IMG/VR virus record: IMGVR_UViG_3300037424_003027
Coordinates: 1 to 35,901 of that record
Strand: one strand, 5' to 3'
DNA from: a virus
Lineage: Duplodnaviria; Caudoviricetes
DNA: 35,901 bases
Shown one piece after another: positions 9,082-18,232 of this stretch. Both the position numbers and the translations under genes were made by a program. Within the stretch, counting starts at the first letter, position 1, and every line of letters begins with the position of its first letter. The notes beneath the pieces are model-generated. The model had not been told where the DNA came from. It searched no databases and saw only the letters and a program-made list of their open reading frames with translations.

Positions 9082-9560
9082 TATTTAGTTGCTCCTGATT
9101 TTTTAGTCATGAATGATCCGTCGACACCACATAGAGGGCATACATACCAAGTATCTCCAGTCGATAAGCAACTTGTCTCCATAAGTGCCGCGCCTTTCCA
9201 ACCGCAAGTACAGACCAGCAGATTGCATTGGCCTTCACCGAACATATCTTTTGTATTCGCATTCTGCTTACGTGTTGCATAAGCCGTCTGCGCATGATGT
9301 TGCTTGTCGTAGTTCAAATGGCAACGCTGGCACCAGGCGCGTAAATTTTCCGGGTCGCAATTTTCAGGTTCATGGTCAAGATGCGCCACGGTCAAAACAA
9401 CATGTGATCCAGTTACCGGATGCGGCTTACCATTTGCCGCCCGGCAATCCGGAAAATCCGGACTGCCTTCGCAACAGTTGCCAGCGCGTGCCCGTTTGCT
9501 TGAGGCAATCGACTTCCAGTCCTTGGGGTAACGCGCTTTGTTTTCTGGGCGTATAGGCAT
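9081..9560 (-). CDS. HNH-like protein with additional C-terminal zinc ribbon
   Basis: MPIRPEN..RYP.DW start, VVLTVAHLDH.PENC...NLRAWCQRCHLNYD, then CTCGW...CPLCG. Confidence 0.75.
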   Translation of the reverse strand: MPIRPENKARYPKDWKSIASSKRARAGNCCEGSPDFPDCRAANGKPHPVTGSHVVLTVAHLDHEPENCDPENLRAWCQRCHLNYDKQHHAQTAYATRKQNANTKDMFGEGQCNLLVCTCGWKGAALMETSCLSTGDTWYVCPLCGVDGSFMTKKSGATK

Positions 9561-9577
9561 GGCTTGTTAACGTCCCG

Positions 9578-10225
9578 TTAAAGTGCCGCAATATCCAACT
9601 GAATCGGCTCGTACTCACCTTCAGCATTACGTTCATACAAACGCACATAGCTTTTGCGGCTCAGCACCTGCAGCGAATCTGTAATAGCCTGCATAGCCTT
9701 CAGCCATTGTTCATCAGTGATGTTCAATTTTTTCAGGCCCAGCACACGGTCGGTATTAATTTTTCCAGTCTTGTCAGTCTGGAATGCATGGTCTACCAAC
9801 GCTTTGATTTCAGTACGCGAACCTTTTACCCAGCGATGAATACATTCATCTATCAAAGCCTTTGCTGCGTGAATGCGTTCATCAAACATAATCAGCTCGC
9901 CATAAGTGCGCATGATTTTGTATTGCCCGTCGTAGCTCAGCAGGCTGACATTGCCTTTTTTGCCGCCAACACTCACATCGTATTGCGCTGCGGACGCCTG
10001 AATAAACGCCTGGATGGTCTCTTCAGATTCGCGGCGGAACTCGCTCAAGGGATCACGCAACTGTTTTGCTTTTTCCACCAGAGAGCGAACGATGCGGTCG
10101 CGCTCTTTGTCGATGGGTTTAACCATCTTCTCCGGAACCAGATGACCCTCTGCGTTTTTCAAATAGCCTTTTGGTACTGCATCTCCCATCGCTTGATCTG
10201 TACTTTTGCTTGCTGTGTTGGCCAT
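9578..10225 (-). CDS. DUF3164 family protein (Mu-like early gene)
   Basis: GYLKNAEGHLVP, GGKKGNVSLLSYDG, W..AM.AI.DS motifs. Confidence 0.85.
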   Translation of the reverse strand: MANTASKSTDQAMGDAVPKGYLKNAEGHLVPEKMVKPIDKERDRIVRSLVEKAKQLRDPLSEFRRESEETIQAFIQASAAQYDVSVGGKKGNVSLLSYDGQYKIMRTYGELIMFDERIHAAKALIDECIHRWVKGSRTEIKALVDHAFQTDKTGKINTDRVLGLKKLNITDEQWLKAMQAITDSLQVLSRKSYVRLYERNAEGEYEPIQLDIAAL

Positions 10226-10230
10226 GACGT

Positions 10231-10806
10231 TTAATCCTCGTTGATAACAGGTTTGGTTTGTGTTTCAAGTAAATTGTTTGTTTGAGCTAATAGCGTTTTC
10301 TTAAAAATCTCATCAACCTTTGATGGCTTAGGTTTGCTCGCATTAACAGCAGGTGCATCAACCGGCACCGACACAGGCTGCCGGTTGCGCAAATCCGTTT
10401 CGCGTTTTTGTTCTACCTTGGCTAGCGTTTGCTCCGCCTGGTTTGCCAGCATGCCCAGCAAATAACCATTGCTCTTTAATGGCAGCACTAATGATTCCAG
10501 GCGCGTGTCCACCAGGTAACTCATGGCCTGCGCAAATTGTTGTGCGGTCACCACATACTCCAACCGGTTGCGTTGCAGTTTCGCGCTTTTAATCATCGGC
10601 TCCAGCTCTTTCACAATGCGATACATCTTCAACGAGCGGATCTGCTGCTTGCCCTGGAATAATCCCAGGTATTGCCACACCGGCCTGTGCACACATTCCG
10701 GCAAGCGCAATATCACCTGCACCAAATCACGCCAGTCGTTATCGTTACGCGCCTGCTCTAAATCAAACTCATGCAGGCACGCTGGGCAGTTCACCATCAC
10801 GCGCAT
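10231..10806 (-). CDS. Hypothetical Mu-like early protein with N-terminal CxxC
   Basis: CPAC, YLGLF and LPLKSNGYL motifs; tiles the operon. Confidence 0.7.
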   Translation of the reverse strand: MRVMVNCPACLHEFDLEQARNDNDWRDLVQVILRLPECVHRPVWQYLGLFQGKQQIRSLKMYRIVKELEPMIKSAKLQRNRLEYVVTAQQFAQAMSYLVDTRLESLVLPLKSNGYLLGMLANQAEQTLAKVEQKRETDLRNRQPVSVPVDAPAVNASKPKPSKVDEIFKKTLLAQTNNLLETQTKPVINED

Positions 10807-11381
10807 GGCGATAACATCTCTTCGCCAATAGACAATCGCATGTATGCATGAATAAACATGCGATACGCCTGCATGGGCACAACCGGTTCACCCCATACCT
10901 TAAACAATTTATCTTCAGGCATTGGCACATCTAAATGCTTGCCACGGTTGTTCCGCAAATAAAATGATTCAACGGCAATGGCCCAGCCATCAACAATTGA
11001 AATCACTTCCAACTCATCGTCATTGCAGCTCTGCACATTCAGTGCCTGGTGTATTACCGCCTGCAGGCGCGCCTGTATGTCATCAATGCTCTGCAGCTGT
11101 CTCTTGAGCGGTGTTATCAAATCGCCGGTGTAGGCTTCGTGCGCATCGTGCAGCAACACTTTCAATGTAGTTGCAGGCGCAGTTTTGAAGTACTTCTGCG
11201 CAATCCACGCGCACCACAGCGAATGCTGTGCCACGCTGTACTGAAATGTTCCCAGTGTGTGGCCGTTGTAACGTGCAATGCGGCTTAACGGGTACGCAAT
11301 ATCTTCCAGAACAATGCTCGATACTTCTGGCTCCAGCAGGTGCACAAATTTTCCGGTTATAGTTTCTACGATCGGTGTCAT
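10797..11381 (-). CDS. HD-domain phosphohydrolase (YfdR/YfbR-like)
   Basis: DIA..LS...RYNGH, YSVAQHS and LLHDAHEAYTGD motifs. Confidence 0.85.
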   Translation of the reverse strand: MTPIVETITGKFVHLLEPEVSSIVLEDIAYPLSRIARYNGHTLGTFQYSVAQHSLWCAWIAQKYFKTAPATTLKVLLHDAHEAYTGDLITPLKRQLQSIDDIQARLQAVIHQALNVQSCNDDELEVISIVDGWAIAVESFYLRNNRGKHLDVPMPEDKLFKVWGEPVVPMQAYRMFIHAYMRLSIGEEMLSPCA

Positions 11382-11680
11382 GCTTGCAGTCTCCCATCGC
11401 CACGTTTGCGATTTTGTTTATAACAATGGTGCTTCATGTCCTGCACAAATGTGCCATAGCGCACACCACCACCCGGCAACTTATCAATGGCCAGTTCGTG
11501 CTTATCAATCAAAATCATCACGCCGTAGATTTCGTCCATCTTGTTCATCAGGTATTCCGGGTTGGCCAAAAAGGCTTCAAAGCGAATACCACGGCGGTGC
11601 AACTGGCATTTAAAATCGTATTGCTGGTACAAATCGGCGTAGTACTCTATGTACTCATCGCTGTATGTTTTCATGCTCAT
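11378..11680 (-). CDS. Hypothetical protein
   Basis: ATGA overlaps with genes on both sides. Confidence 0.6.
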   Translation of the reverse strand: MSMKTYSDEYIEYYADLYQQYDFKCQLHRRGIRFEAFLANPEYLMNKMDEIYGVMILIDKHELAIDKLPGGGVRYGTFVQDMKHHCYKQNRKRGDGRLQA

Positions 11681-12735
11681 GTCGGCCTCCGTGCCGGGCG
11701 CTTAAAGCCCAGCAATTCTTCACCTATGCGAATGATCAGCTCCGGTGTAATGGCGTGGCCCTTACGCAAACCGTAATCGCGCACACCCGTCACCAGGCTG
11801 CGTGCCAGTACACGTGCCGAGCCATCACACATTTCGTAAAACGCGGCGTGAATTTCCGGCGTGAGTTCTGTTTCATTTCCCAGCGCCGCTTCCACCAGCT
11901 TGCGTGCATCGGTGGCAGAAATCATTTTGGCCACCGGTGGCCAGAACAATACGCGTGAAGAGATTTGACCGAAGCGACCGCGCGGGTCTTTAATCATGGG
12001 TTGCAACATTTCGGTACCGCACAACACCACACCGATTTTTGCAATGTCTGAAATGCGGCGCACAAACTCCAGTGTTTGCGTGCTCACCTTGTCGGCTTCA
12101 TCCAGTATCAACAATTTGTCGGTACCCTTGAGCGTGCGCACAATGCCATCCATCAAATCGCTTTTAGTACCGCGACTGTAGCGGTGGCTTTTTTGAATAA
12201 TGGCATTGCACTTTTCAGCCAGTTCTCGCAGCAACACCATGCTGTTCATGTCTGGGGTGGCTTCCACCAAAATGCAGTTTGGGTGTTGCATGGCATATTG
12301 TTTTAGCGCCCATGTTTTACCCGTGCCCACATACGCACTCACTACCGAGAACGAGCGATACATGTGCGCGCGGTGGCAGGCGGCTTTTACGGCGTGGAAG
12401 ATGGAGGTTTCAACAAACGGGTTATCGCCCACGTTTTCTTTTTCACGCAGCAACTGGCGGCGTACCGTGTCCAGTAATTTATCCAGGTGCTTACCCGGTG
12501 GCGAAACATACTTGCCCAAAATAATGGTGTTGACAGATGACGGGCTAATGCCAGACGCCGTGGCTAACTTGGTTTGCGAACGCTGGTTGGCATAACCCGG
12601 CTCGTGCGACTGCCCTTCGTTAATCCAGGCAATCAACTCAAGCACCTTGGCTTTATCTTCCTCCGTGTACTTTTCATTCCACTCTGTTGGGATTTCGGTT
12701 TTGCTTTGGGTGTGTTCACGTTTTGCGTCTGCCAT
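11677..12735 (-). CDS. MuB-like transposition AAA+ ATPase
   Basis: N-terminal HTH (SQTKLATASGIS), Walker A AYVGTGKT, Walker B LLILDEAD; follows the transposase. Confidence 0.9.
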   Translation of the reverse strand: MADAKREHTQSKTEIPTEWNEKYTEEDKAKVLELIAWINEGQSHEPGYANQRSQTKLATASGISPSSVNTIILGKYVSPPGKHLDKLLDTVRRQLLREKENVGDNPFVETSIFHAVKAACHRAHMYRSFSVVSAYVGTGKTWALKQYAMQHPNCILVEATPDMNSMVLLRELAEKCNAIIQKSHRYSRGTKSDLMDGIVRTLKGTDKLLILDEADKVSTQTLEFVRRISDIAKIGVVLCGTEMLQPMIKDPRGRFGQISSRVLFWPPVAKMISATDARKLVEAALGNETELTPEIHAAFYEMCDGSARVLARSLVTGVRDYGLRKGHAITPELIIRIGEELLGFKRPARRPT

Positions 12736-12753
12736 GTTGTTATCCTTTTGTTG

Positions 12754-14412
12754 TTAATAATCGGTGTCGGTAATATCCAGCGTTATGACATCTGCTGAAT
12801 CGGGTACGTCGTGTAACAAATCATCAACCAGGTTGTATTCGGCTTGTGGCAGCGCCAGTGGTATGTCGCCGGTATCCAGCGTTGCCACATAAGCTTCGTG
12901 ATCGATGTTCATGCGCGCACGTTCACGCACTTCATCAGCGTGTTTTTCAAGGCGTTTTAACTGGCCCTTAAGGCGGTTTTGTTGCATGTCGGCAATGCGG
13001 CTCTCGGCCACATACGGCATGCGCTGCGTGAGCGCGGCGTCGCAAATGAATCGCTCGTCATCGGTTAACACGCGCACGGCAGAGTCGTCGTGCAGGTTGT
13101 ATTCAATCAACAATGTTTCAGTGTTGTAACGAATTAATTCTGCGTGACGGTACTCACGGCTGAACAGTGTCAACGTTCCACGTGTAACCTTGCGCTGAAT
13201 GCGTGGGCGCACAATTGCATCGTGTTTCACAACAACGGGTGTGCGTTGTAATGCGGCCCATAACTGCGCAGGTGTTTGCCCATTTAACGCGCTGTGAACT
13301 TTGTTGTGGTAAGCCGTTATAAAATTGGCAAAGCCGTGCATGTAGGTGTCGAGCGTTGGCAGTTTCTTCACGCCACGGTTTACATCAATCAGTAACTTGC
13401 GCAACACATCGCCAGACATATCGTCGCCGCAATAACTTTCCAGCGTTTTGTCGTAGCGGTCGCGGATGGTGCGATGGAATCGTTCAATCTGGCCTTTGCC
13501 TTTCGCGTTGCCAGGAATCGAGAACATGGTTTGCATGTTGAAGCGAGAATAAAAACCAGTGCTTTCATCGTTCATCATTTTTGAACGAAAGCCGCTGCCG
13601 TTATCAATGTGCAACATCGCAGGCACATGGTCATGCAGCAGCAATGCGTGCGACAAACTGAACAGCGTTGAAATACTGGATTCACTCAGGCTGATATACC
13701 AACCCGCAATATAACGGCTGGCAATATCAATCCATGTGGTGAGTTCTGGGCGCCAGGGTTTGCCGGTAAGCGGATGCGCCAGATACGCATCAATGGTGTG
13801 GCCATCACCTTGATAAATGCAGCCCACCGGCAACACGCTGGTATCACGCCGATTAAATGGCATGTGCGCATCGCGGTATGTTTTATGGCCAACGCGTTTT
13901 TTGTTCAGCACATCGTGCGGCAGTGATTTCAAGTAATGCGTAACACGCGATTCGGTTGCGTTGGCAAAACCTTCCTGCACCAACAAATCAGCAACCGCTG
14001 CCATGGCTAACTTGCTAGGCATTTGATACCAGTACAATGCGCGCGCTTCCCATCCGTAGGCTTTGCGTTGGCGACCGGTACGTTTGCTCACTACGCCAAC
14101 CACGCCCTGCATTTGGTAACTGTTTACCCAGCGGAAAATGGTTGCACGGCTGGGTGGTTTACCGTTTCTGCCAAGTTGTGCGGCCAGCACACACAGTTCA
14201 TCTGACGCAACGCAGGCATTAATTCTCGCCAGCATTAATTCAACACTGACAGCAATGCGCGTGCCGTTAATAATGTCGTTCAAGATCTGCTGTAAAAACC
14301 GCTCAATCATCAACGCTTTTTTACGTTGTGATTGCGGCAAGCGTTCCCACTCCGTGGTGCTGTGCTTTGCAATCACACACGCATTCTCAGGACGCAGGGC
14401 TATCAAACTCAT
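12754..14412 (-). CDS. DDE transposase (MuA-like, short B3-type)
   Basis: HTH PSRATIFRW; catalytic YQGDGH / LHIDNGSGF / KGQIERFH; Mu-type C-terminal beta domain. Confidence 0.93.
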   Translation of the reverse strand: MSLIALRPENACVIAKHSTTEWERLPQSQRKKALMIERFLQQILNDIINGTRIAVSVELMLARINACVASDELCVLAAQLGRNGKPPSRATIFRWVNSYQMQGVVGVVSKRTGRQRKAYGWEARALYWYQMPSKLAMAAVADLLVQEGFANATESRVTHYLKSLPHDVLNKKRVGHKTYRDAHMPFNRRDTSVLPVGCIYQGDGHTIDAYLAHPLTGKPWRPELTTWIDIASRYIAGWYISLSESSISTLFSLSHALLLHDHVPAMLHIDNGSGFRSKMMNDESTGFYSRFNMQTMFSIPGNAKGKGQIERFHRTIRDRYDKTLESYCGDDMSGDVLRKLLIDVNRGVKKLPTLDTYMHGFANFITAYHNKVHSALNGQTPAQLWAALQRTPVVVKHDAIVRPRIQRKVTRGTLTLFSREYRHAELIRYNTETLLIEYNLHDDSAVRVLTDDERFICDAALTQRMPYVAESRIADMQQNRLKGQLKRLEKHADEVRERARMNIDHEAYVATLDTGDIPLALPQAEYNLVDDLLHDVPDSADVITLDITDTDY

Positions 14413-15419
14413 TTGGCGTCGCCTTTGTTAGCAGGACGTCCGCGACCACGCGGCTTGCTCATCTCGCGCTGGTTCTTCCGCATTACCGCTTCGTGTGTAT
14501 GTTGTTCAACCAACAACTCGCGTTGCTCAAGGGCAGCAGTGATTTCACCTGCCTCCAGGTAATACGCAGGCGATATCGGGCCGGTTACGGATTCAGGCAA
14601 TGTGTTGTCAAGTTCAATGAGTGTTTTCAGGGCGCGGGCAATAACACCTTTGAAGTTGTGGTAAAGCGTGGTGGTTGCAATGTTCCAGTGGCGTGTGTAA
14701 TCCGGATCGTGGCCATTGTTCTGGCGGCCCATGTTTTCCAATTCCTGATACAGCTTTTCAATGTCATCAAAACAGAGGTTTGCTTTCTCCGCTAACATGG
14801 TGGATTCATGGCGTGCGCTTTCAACAAATTCAGGAAAGGCCGTGATGCGGGTTTTGTTTTTGAGTTGCTTTTTTAACTCGATGTTTTCAAGGTGTGCAGT
14901 TTCCAGTTTTTTATCGAGCGTATCGAGTTTCTTTTCGAGTTCGCTTTCAGGGCGGCTCGCCTTAATGCGGTGTTCCAATTCACGCAGCGGTTCAGATTGG
15001 GCGGCCTCCATCGTTATGCCGCGCACCATGGCACCTTGAAAAAAATGCTGCAATTCTTCGTCAGACCATGAGCTCATCAACAAAAGTTTGGATGGCGGAA
15101 TAACGGATAACGCTGGCCAAACATTTGCGGGTGTGCGCATTGCCAGTTTCACCAGATTAATATCGCGTTCTGCCGTGTCTTGTGACTTGCCGGACTTAAC
15201 TAACGCGGCCATGTAATTGCCATACCCCATCTTTTCTTTGAGGCCAAGCAACGCGTATCCCGAATACAAACGGCCAGCCAGTTCCATGGCATTGCCAATT
15301 GCAGCTTGTTTAATGCGTTCTCCGTCACTCAGCTGAATTAACTCGTTGACCGGCATTAACTCAATCTTGTTAATAAATGTTGTTATGTGTTTTGGAAGTG
15401 AAAGTGCCTTGGTTGTCAT
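14409..15419 (-). CDS. Hypothetical transposase-coupled protein (DUF3102-like N-terminus, coiled coil, C-terminal AT-hook-like PRGRGRP)
   Basis: G..LL.LKE...G pattern; ATGA overlap with the transposase start; SD GAGG. Confidence 0.65.
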   Translation of the reverse strand: MTTKALSLPKHITTFINKIELMPVNELIQLSDGERIKQAAIGNAMELAGRLYSGYALLGLKEKMGYGNYMAALVKSGKSQDTAERDINLVKLAMRTPANVWPALSVIPPSKLLLMSSWSDEELQHFFQGAMVRGITMEAAQSEPLRELEHRIKASRPESELEKKLDTLDKKLETAHLENIELKKQLKNKTRITAFPEFVESARHESTMLAEKANLCFDDIEKLYQELENMGRQNNGHDPDYTRHWNIATTTLYHNFKGVIARALKTLIELDNTLPESVTGPISPAYYLEAGEITAALEQRELLVEQHTHEAVMRKNQREMSKPRGRGRPANKGDAK

Positions 15420-15449
15420 CGTTGTTCCTCATTAGTAAGACGGTTGTCT

Positions 15450-15473
15450 AAATTCCGCAGCGCTGCGGAATTT
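15450..15473. repeat. 24-bp perfect palindrome
   Basis: AAATTCCGCAGC|GCTGCGGAATTT in the gap upstream of the 15419 start. Confidence 0.9.
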
Positions 15474-15481
15474 GAATTTAT

Positions 15482-15952
15482 TCACCCACCCAGCATGCCC
15501 CGCAGCTGCCGTATCTCCCGCTGGGTTCTGGCCACTACTACCTGCTTGTTGCCCAGCTCGGCGGCTATCTGGTCGCGGTGGTCAACCAGGTCGTAGCCAA
15601 TGCACTGCGCCAATATCAACAACGGCTGCAGGCATTGGGTGGCCCAGCAAAAGGCGGGTATGTAACGGGCGGGAAACTGGTGGTGTTCTTTACTGGCGGC
15701 TGTCCAGGCATTGAGCTGGCGCAGGGTTATGCGTTCATCGGCATCGGGCAGGCACAGGTTCATGCGCTCAACAATGCGCTCGCGGCTGTGGCCGGTTTTT
15801 TTGGCTTCGCGTATGGCGTGGGTTACGGCACCCATTAACTCCAGCTCTATGTCCAGGTCTTGCGCGGTGAGCGCTTCGAGTGCAGTTTTTTCTGCCAGTT
15901 GCTGGAACAAATCGGGTTGAATGGGGGTAAAAGATTTACGGGTTTTAGCCAC
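15482..15952 (-). CDS. Putative phage regulatory protein (CII-like)
   Basis: SRERIVERMN...TLRQLNAWTAASK..H.FP....PAFC.AT pattern; early operon position. Confidence 0.6.
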   Translation of the reverse strand: MAKTRKSFTPIQPDLFQQLAEKTALEALTAQDLDIELELMGAVTHAIREAKKTGHSRERIVERMNLCLPDADERITLRQLNAWTAASKEHHQFPARYIPAFCWATQCLQPLLILAQCIGYDLVDHRDQIAAELGNKQVVVARTQREIRQLRGMLGG

Positions 15953-16490
15953 TGATTCCGGCCCCCGCGTTTGCTATGATGTGATCCGTGGCGTAACCCA
16001 CTGGTACCATGGTTGCGATGTAGCAGTTATTTTTAAGAGCAGCGGTGATGGCATTCCGGCTTGGGTAATCATCCGGTTTGTATGGCCATTGAAAGGTTCT
16101 ATTAATGAGTCGTGTTACAGATTCACAGGCTTCTATTAAAACAATGTCATCAGAGGCTATGGCAGCCGGGATATCATCCAGGCGGTAATATCCAAGGCGG
16201 TTCCAGGTTGGGGTCCAGTCTTTGCAGTGCCAGTAAGGCGGCTCAAGGCGGGGAGCAATACCGGTTGCTTTTAATAGGTCGTCGGCATGCACAAGAACAT
16301 TGGCCGGAAAAAATGCGTCCCACCAGACTGGCAGCGCCAGCGCACCCAGCTGCAGGTAAAATCCTGCGGGTTGAGGCTGGTGCGACCGCCTATGTTTTAG
16401 GTTAGCCCGGCTGCGTTTTTTCCGCATTGGTGGGTCGAGGTTTTGAGCTGCTTTAAGCAGCGCCGCGGCAAGAGATTTACGTACCGTCAT
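15945..16490 (-). CDS. Hypothetical protein
   Basis: ATGA overlap with the ner stop (start MTVRKS); fills the gap in the operon. Confidence 0.55.
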   Translation of the reverse strand: MTVRKSLAAALLKAAQNLDPPMRKKRSRANLKHRRSHQPQPAGFYLQLGALALPVWWDAFFPANVLVHADDLLKATGIAPRLEPPYWHCKDWTPTWNRLGYYRLDDIPAAIASDDIVLIEACESVTRLINRTFQWPYKPDDYPSRNAITAALKNNCYIATMVPVGYATDHIIANAGAGISG

Positions 16491-16717
16491 GCAGCTCTCC
16501 GGGTGCGCTTTGGCCGGTTGGCATAGCGGCCATCCGGCCAAAGCTTGTTCAGGGGAATGCCGGTAATGGAAGAAATGAAGGAGGCTACGTTGTAAGAGGA
16601 AGCCGCACTGCTAATGGTCTGGGTAACAGCTTCGCTGCTAATGCCCAGGTGCTTGGCAATGCGGACTTGTGTCCAGCCAGCCTTGTAAATGCTGGCGTTG
16701 ATGTCTGCCCGATGCAT
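16487..16717 (-). CDS. ner: Ner/Cro-like HTH repressor
   Basis: MHRADI.A...K.G, HTH, LWPDGRY motif; SD AAGGAG; divergent from the repressor. Confidence 0.85.
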   Translation of the reverse strand: MHRADINASIYKAGWTQVRIAKHLGISSEAVTQTISSAASSYNVASFISSITGIPLNKLWPDGRYANRPKRTRRAA

Positions 16718-16733
16718 GGGGACTCCTTAATCT

Positions 16734-16759
16734 AGGCGGCTTTGCAGAGCTGCCTTTTT
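16734..16759. other. Hairpin in the early leader (terminator-like on + strand)
   Basis: AGGCGGCT...AGCTGCCT stem followed by a T run on the + strand. Confidence 0.4.
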
Positions 16760-16795
16760 ATGGGTTGTAAGGTTTAGATTTCTAACGTGATAGGG

Positions 16796-16824
16796 ATAAT
16801 AGAAACGATTGTTTCTGTTGTCAA
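16796..16824 (-). promoter_or_regulatory. Early sigma70 promoter (Pe-like)
   Basis: Minus strand TTGACA (16824-16819), 17-nt spacer, TATTAT (16801-16796), upstream of ner. Confidence 0.85.
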
Positions 16825-16858
16825 CGGATATTATGAATAAAGAGAAAATATTGTTTCT
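16801..16858. promoter_or_regulatory. Putative repressor operators
   Basis: Palindrome AGAAAC-GATT-GTTTCT (16801-16816) inside the Pe spacer; related copy AGAAAA-TATT-GTTTCT (16843-16858) at the start of the repressor gene. Confidence 0.65.
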
Positions 16859-17228
16859 ATACGGCGCCCGAATCAAGGAGGAAAGGAAGAAGCTCGGTAT
16901 GACCCAAGAGCAGTTCGCGGCTGCCGGGGGCGTAACGGTGCAAACACAGAGAAATTACGAATCCGGCAGGCGTGCGCCTGATTCCAGGTATCTGCACAAA
17001 ATTGAAATCGCGGGCGCAGATGTTTATAGAATCATTGCTGAACAATCGGAAGATGCTGTGCCTATGCTTATAAAACCTGATGAATTGAAACTATTAAATG
17101 ACTACCACTCGTTGAATGATAACGATCAAGATTTATTAAAGAGGTATATGGATGCATTAGTTGAGCGTTCTGGTAGAGCAGGCACCAATAAATCCATGCG
17201 CAAGAAAGCTGTACCTAAAAATGAATAA
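16833..17228 (+). CDS. XRE-family immunity repressor
   Basis: GARIKEERKKLGMTQEQFA..GGV...TQ.NYESGRRAPD; divergent from ner; no peptidase domain. Confidence 0.88.
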   Translation: MNKEKILFLYGARIKEERKKLGMTQEQFAAAGGVTVQTQRNYESGRRAPDSRYLHKIEIAGADVYRIIAEQSEDAVPMLIKPDELKLLNDYHSLNDNDQDLLKRYMDALVERSGRAGTNKSMRKKAVPKNE

Positions 17229-17859
17229 CCAGTTGACCATGAAGCTGGATATGCTGAGTGAATCAACCGCTCACTTAATGGCAGTGAGTTTCAGCAAAAC
17301 CAGTTCGCAACTATATCCACTGGCTTTGAAGTTGGCGCAGGCAGCTGAGAAATACGATGAAGCTGTCATTGGTAATAAGCTTATGCATTTTGCCGTGTTC
17401 GCAAGGAACAGGAATGATGCTGCAAGTGCACTTCTTTTTTTACGATATGCAACAGGCTGGAAATCTACGCAGGTATTTGCTGGTGGTAAGTTAATCACCA
17501 ATATATACCGCGTAAAAGAAGTTCTTGAGTGTTACCTCGAAGCGACGGCATGTGATGACCGAAAAGCACATTGTTATAAAATAATTAACGATCCTTATTC
17601 AGAATTTCCATATGCCTATGCAATGGGGGTCACTATCCGTGTCTCGTTGGAGCCTGAACAAAAAGAAGATATAAATGTGGATAGGTATGTTTTCCCATGC
17701 TCTAAATTGCATGGGCATTTTAAGTTCATGACGGATCATCCATCAACCGCCGAAGATCAGATTCAAGCAAGAGCTGTAGAAATCGGTTTGGATTGGTGTC
17801 CGTTTTTTAATAAGCGTGAATACATTAAAACTGGCACACAGGCAAAAGCAAAAACCTGA
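17221..17859 (+). CDS. Hypothetical cargo protein, co-oriented with the repressor
   Basis: ATG 17221 overlaps the end of the repressor; 212 aa, several Cys; AT-richer DNA. Confidence 0.7.
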   Translation: MNNQLTMKLDMLSESTAHLMAVSFSKTSSQLYPLALKLAQAAEKYDEAVIGNKLMHFAVFARNRNDAASALLFLRYATGWKSTQVFAGGKLITNIYRVKEVLECYLEATACDDRKAHCYKIINDPYSEFPYAYAMGVTIRVSLEPEQKEDINVDRYVFPCSKLHGHFKFMTDHPSTAEDQIQARAVEIGLDWCPFFNKREYIKTGTQAKAKT

Positions 17860-17902
17860 AACAGCGTTTAGCAGCCTGGAGTAATTAACCAAGGAGATAA
17901 TC

Positions 17903-18232
17903 ATGGAATTATTTTTAATCTGGATTGTGTGCCCGTTTGGTGCTGCGCACATTGCGTACAGCAAGGGAAATAATGCCTTCATCGGGTTCTTTGTCGGCGC
18001 AGTGTTAGGGCCTTTCGGGTTGTTGTTTACCATTGTGGAACCGGTGAATGAGAAAACACTGGAAGAACGGGATGTTAAATCAGGCTATAAAAAACGCTGC
18101 CCATATTGCCGTGAAGTGGTGAAGCCAGGGGCCATCATTTGCAAGCATTGCCATAAAGACTTAATGGTGGCTCCAGATGAAAATAGCTGGGAACAGAAAA
18201 AAACTGAATCGGCGTTTAGCAACCTCGACTAA
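17903..18232 (+). CDS. Membrane protein with zinc ribbon
   Basis: SD AAGGAG; two hydrophobic segments, then CPYC...CKHC. Confidence 0.8.
   Translation: MELFLIWIVCPFGAAHIAYSKGNNAFIGFFVGAVLGPFGLLFTIVEPVNEKTLEERDVKSGYKKRCPYCREVVKPGAIICKHCHKDLMVAPDENSWEQKKTESAFSNLD

Noticed and set aside
155-16405. Numerous + strand ORFs in the left arm (and - strand ORFs in the right arm)
   Set aside because: Antisense shadows of well-supported, tightly tiled genes; no recognisable motifs.
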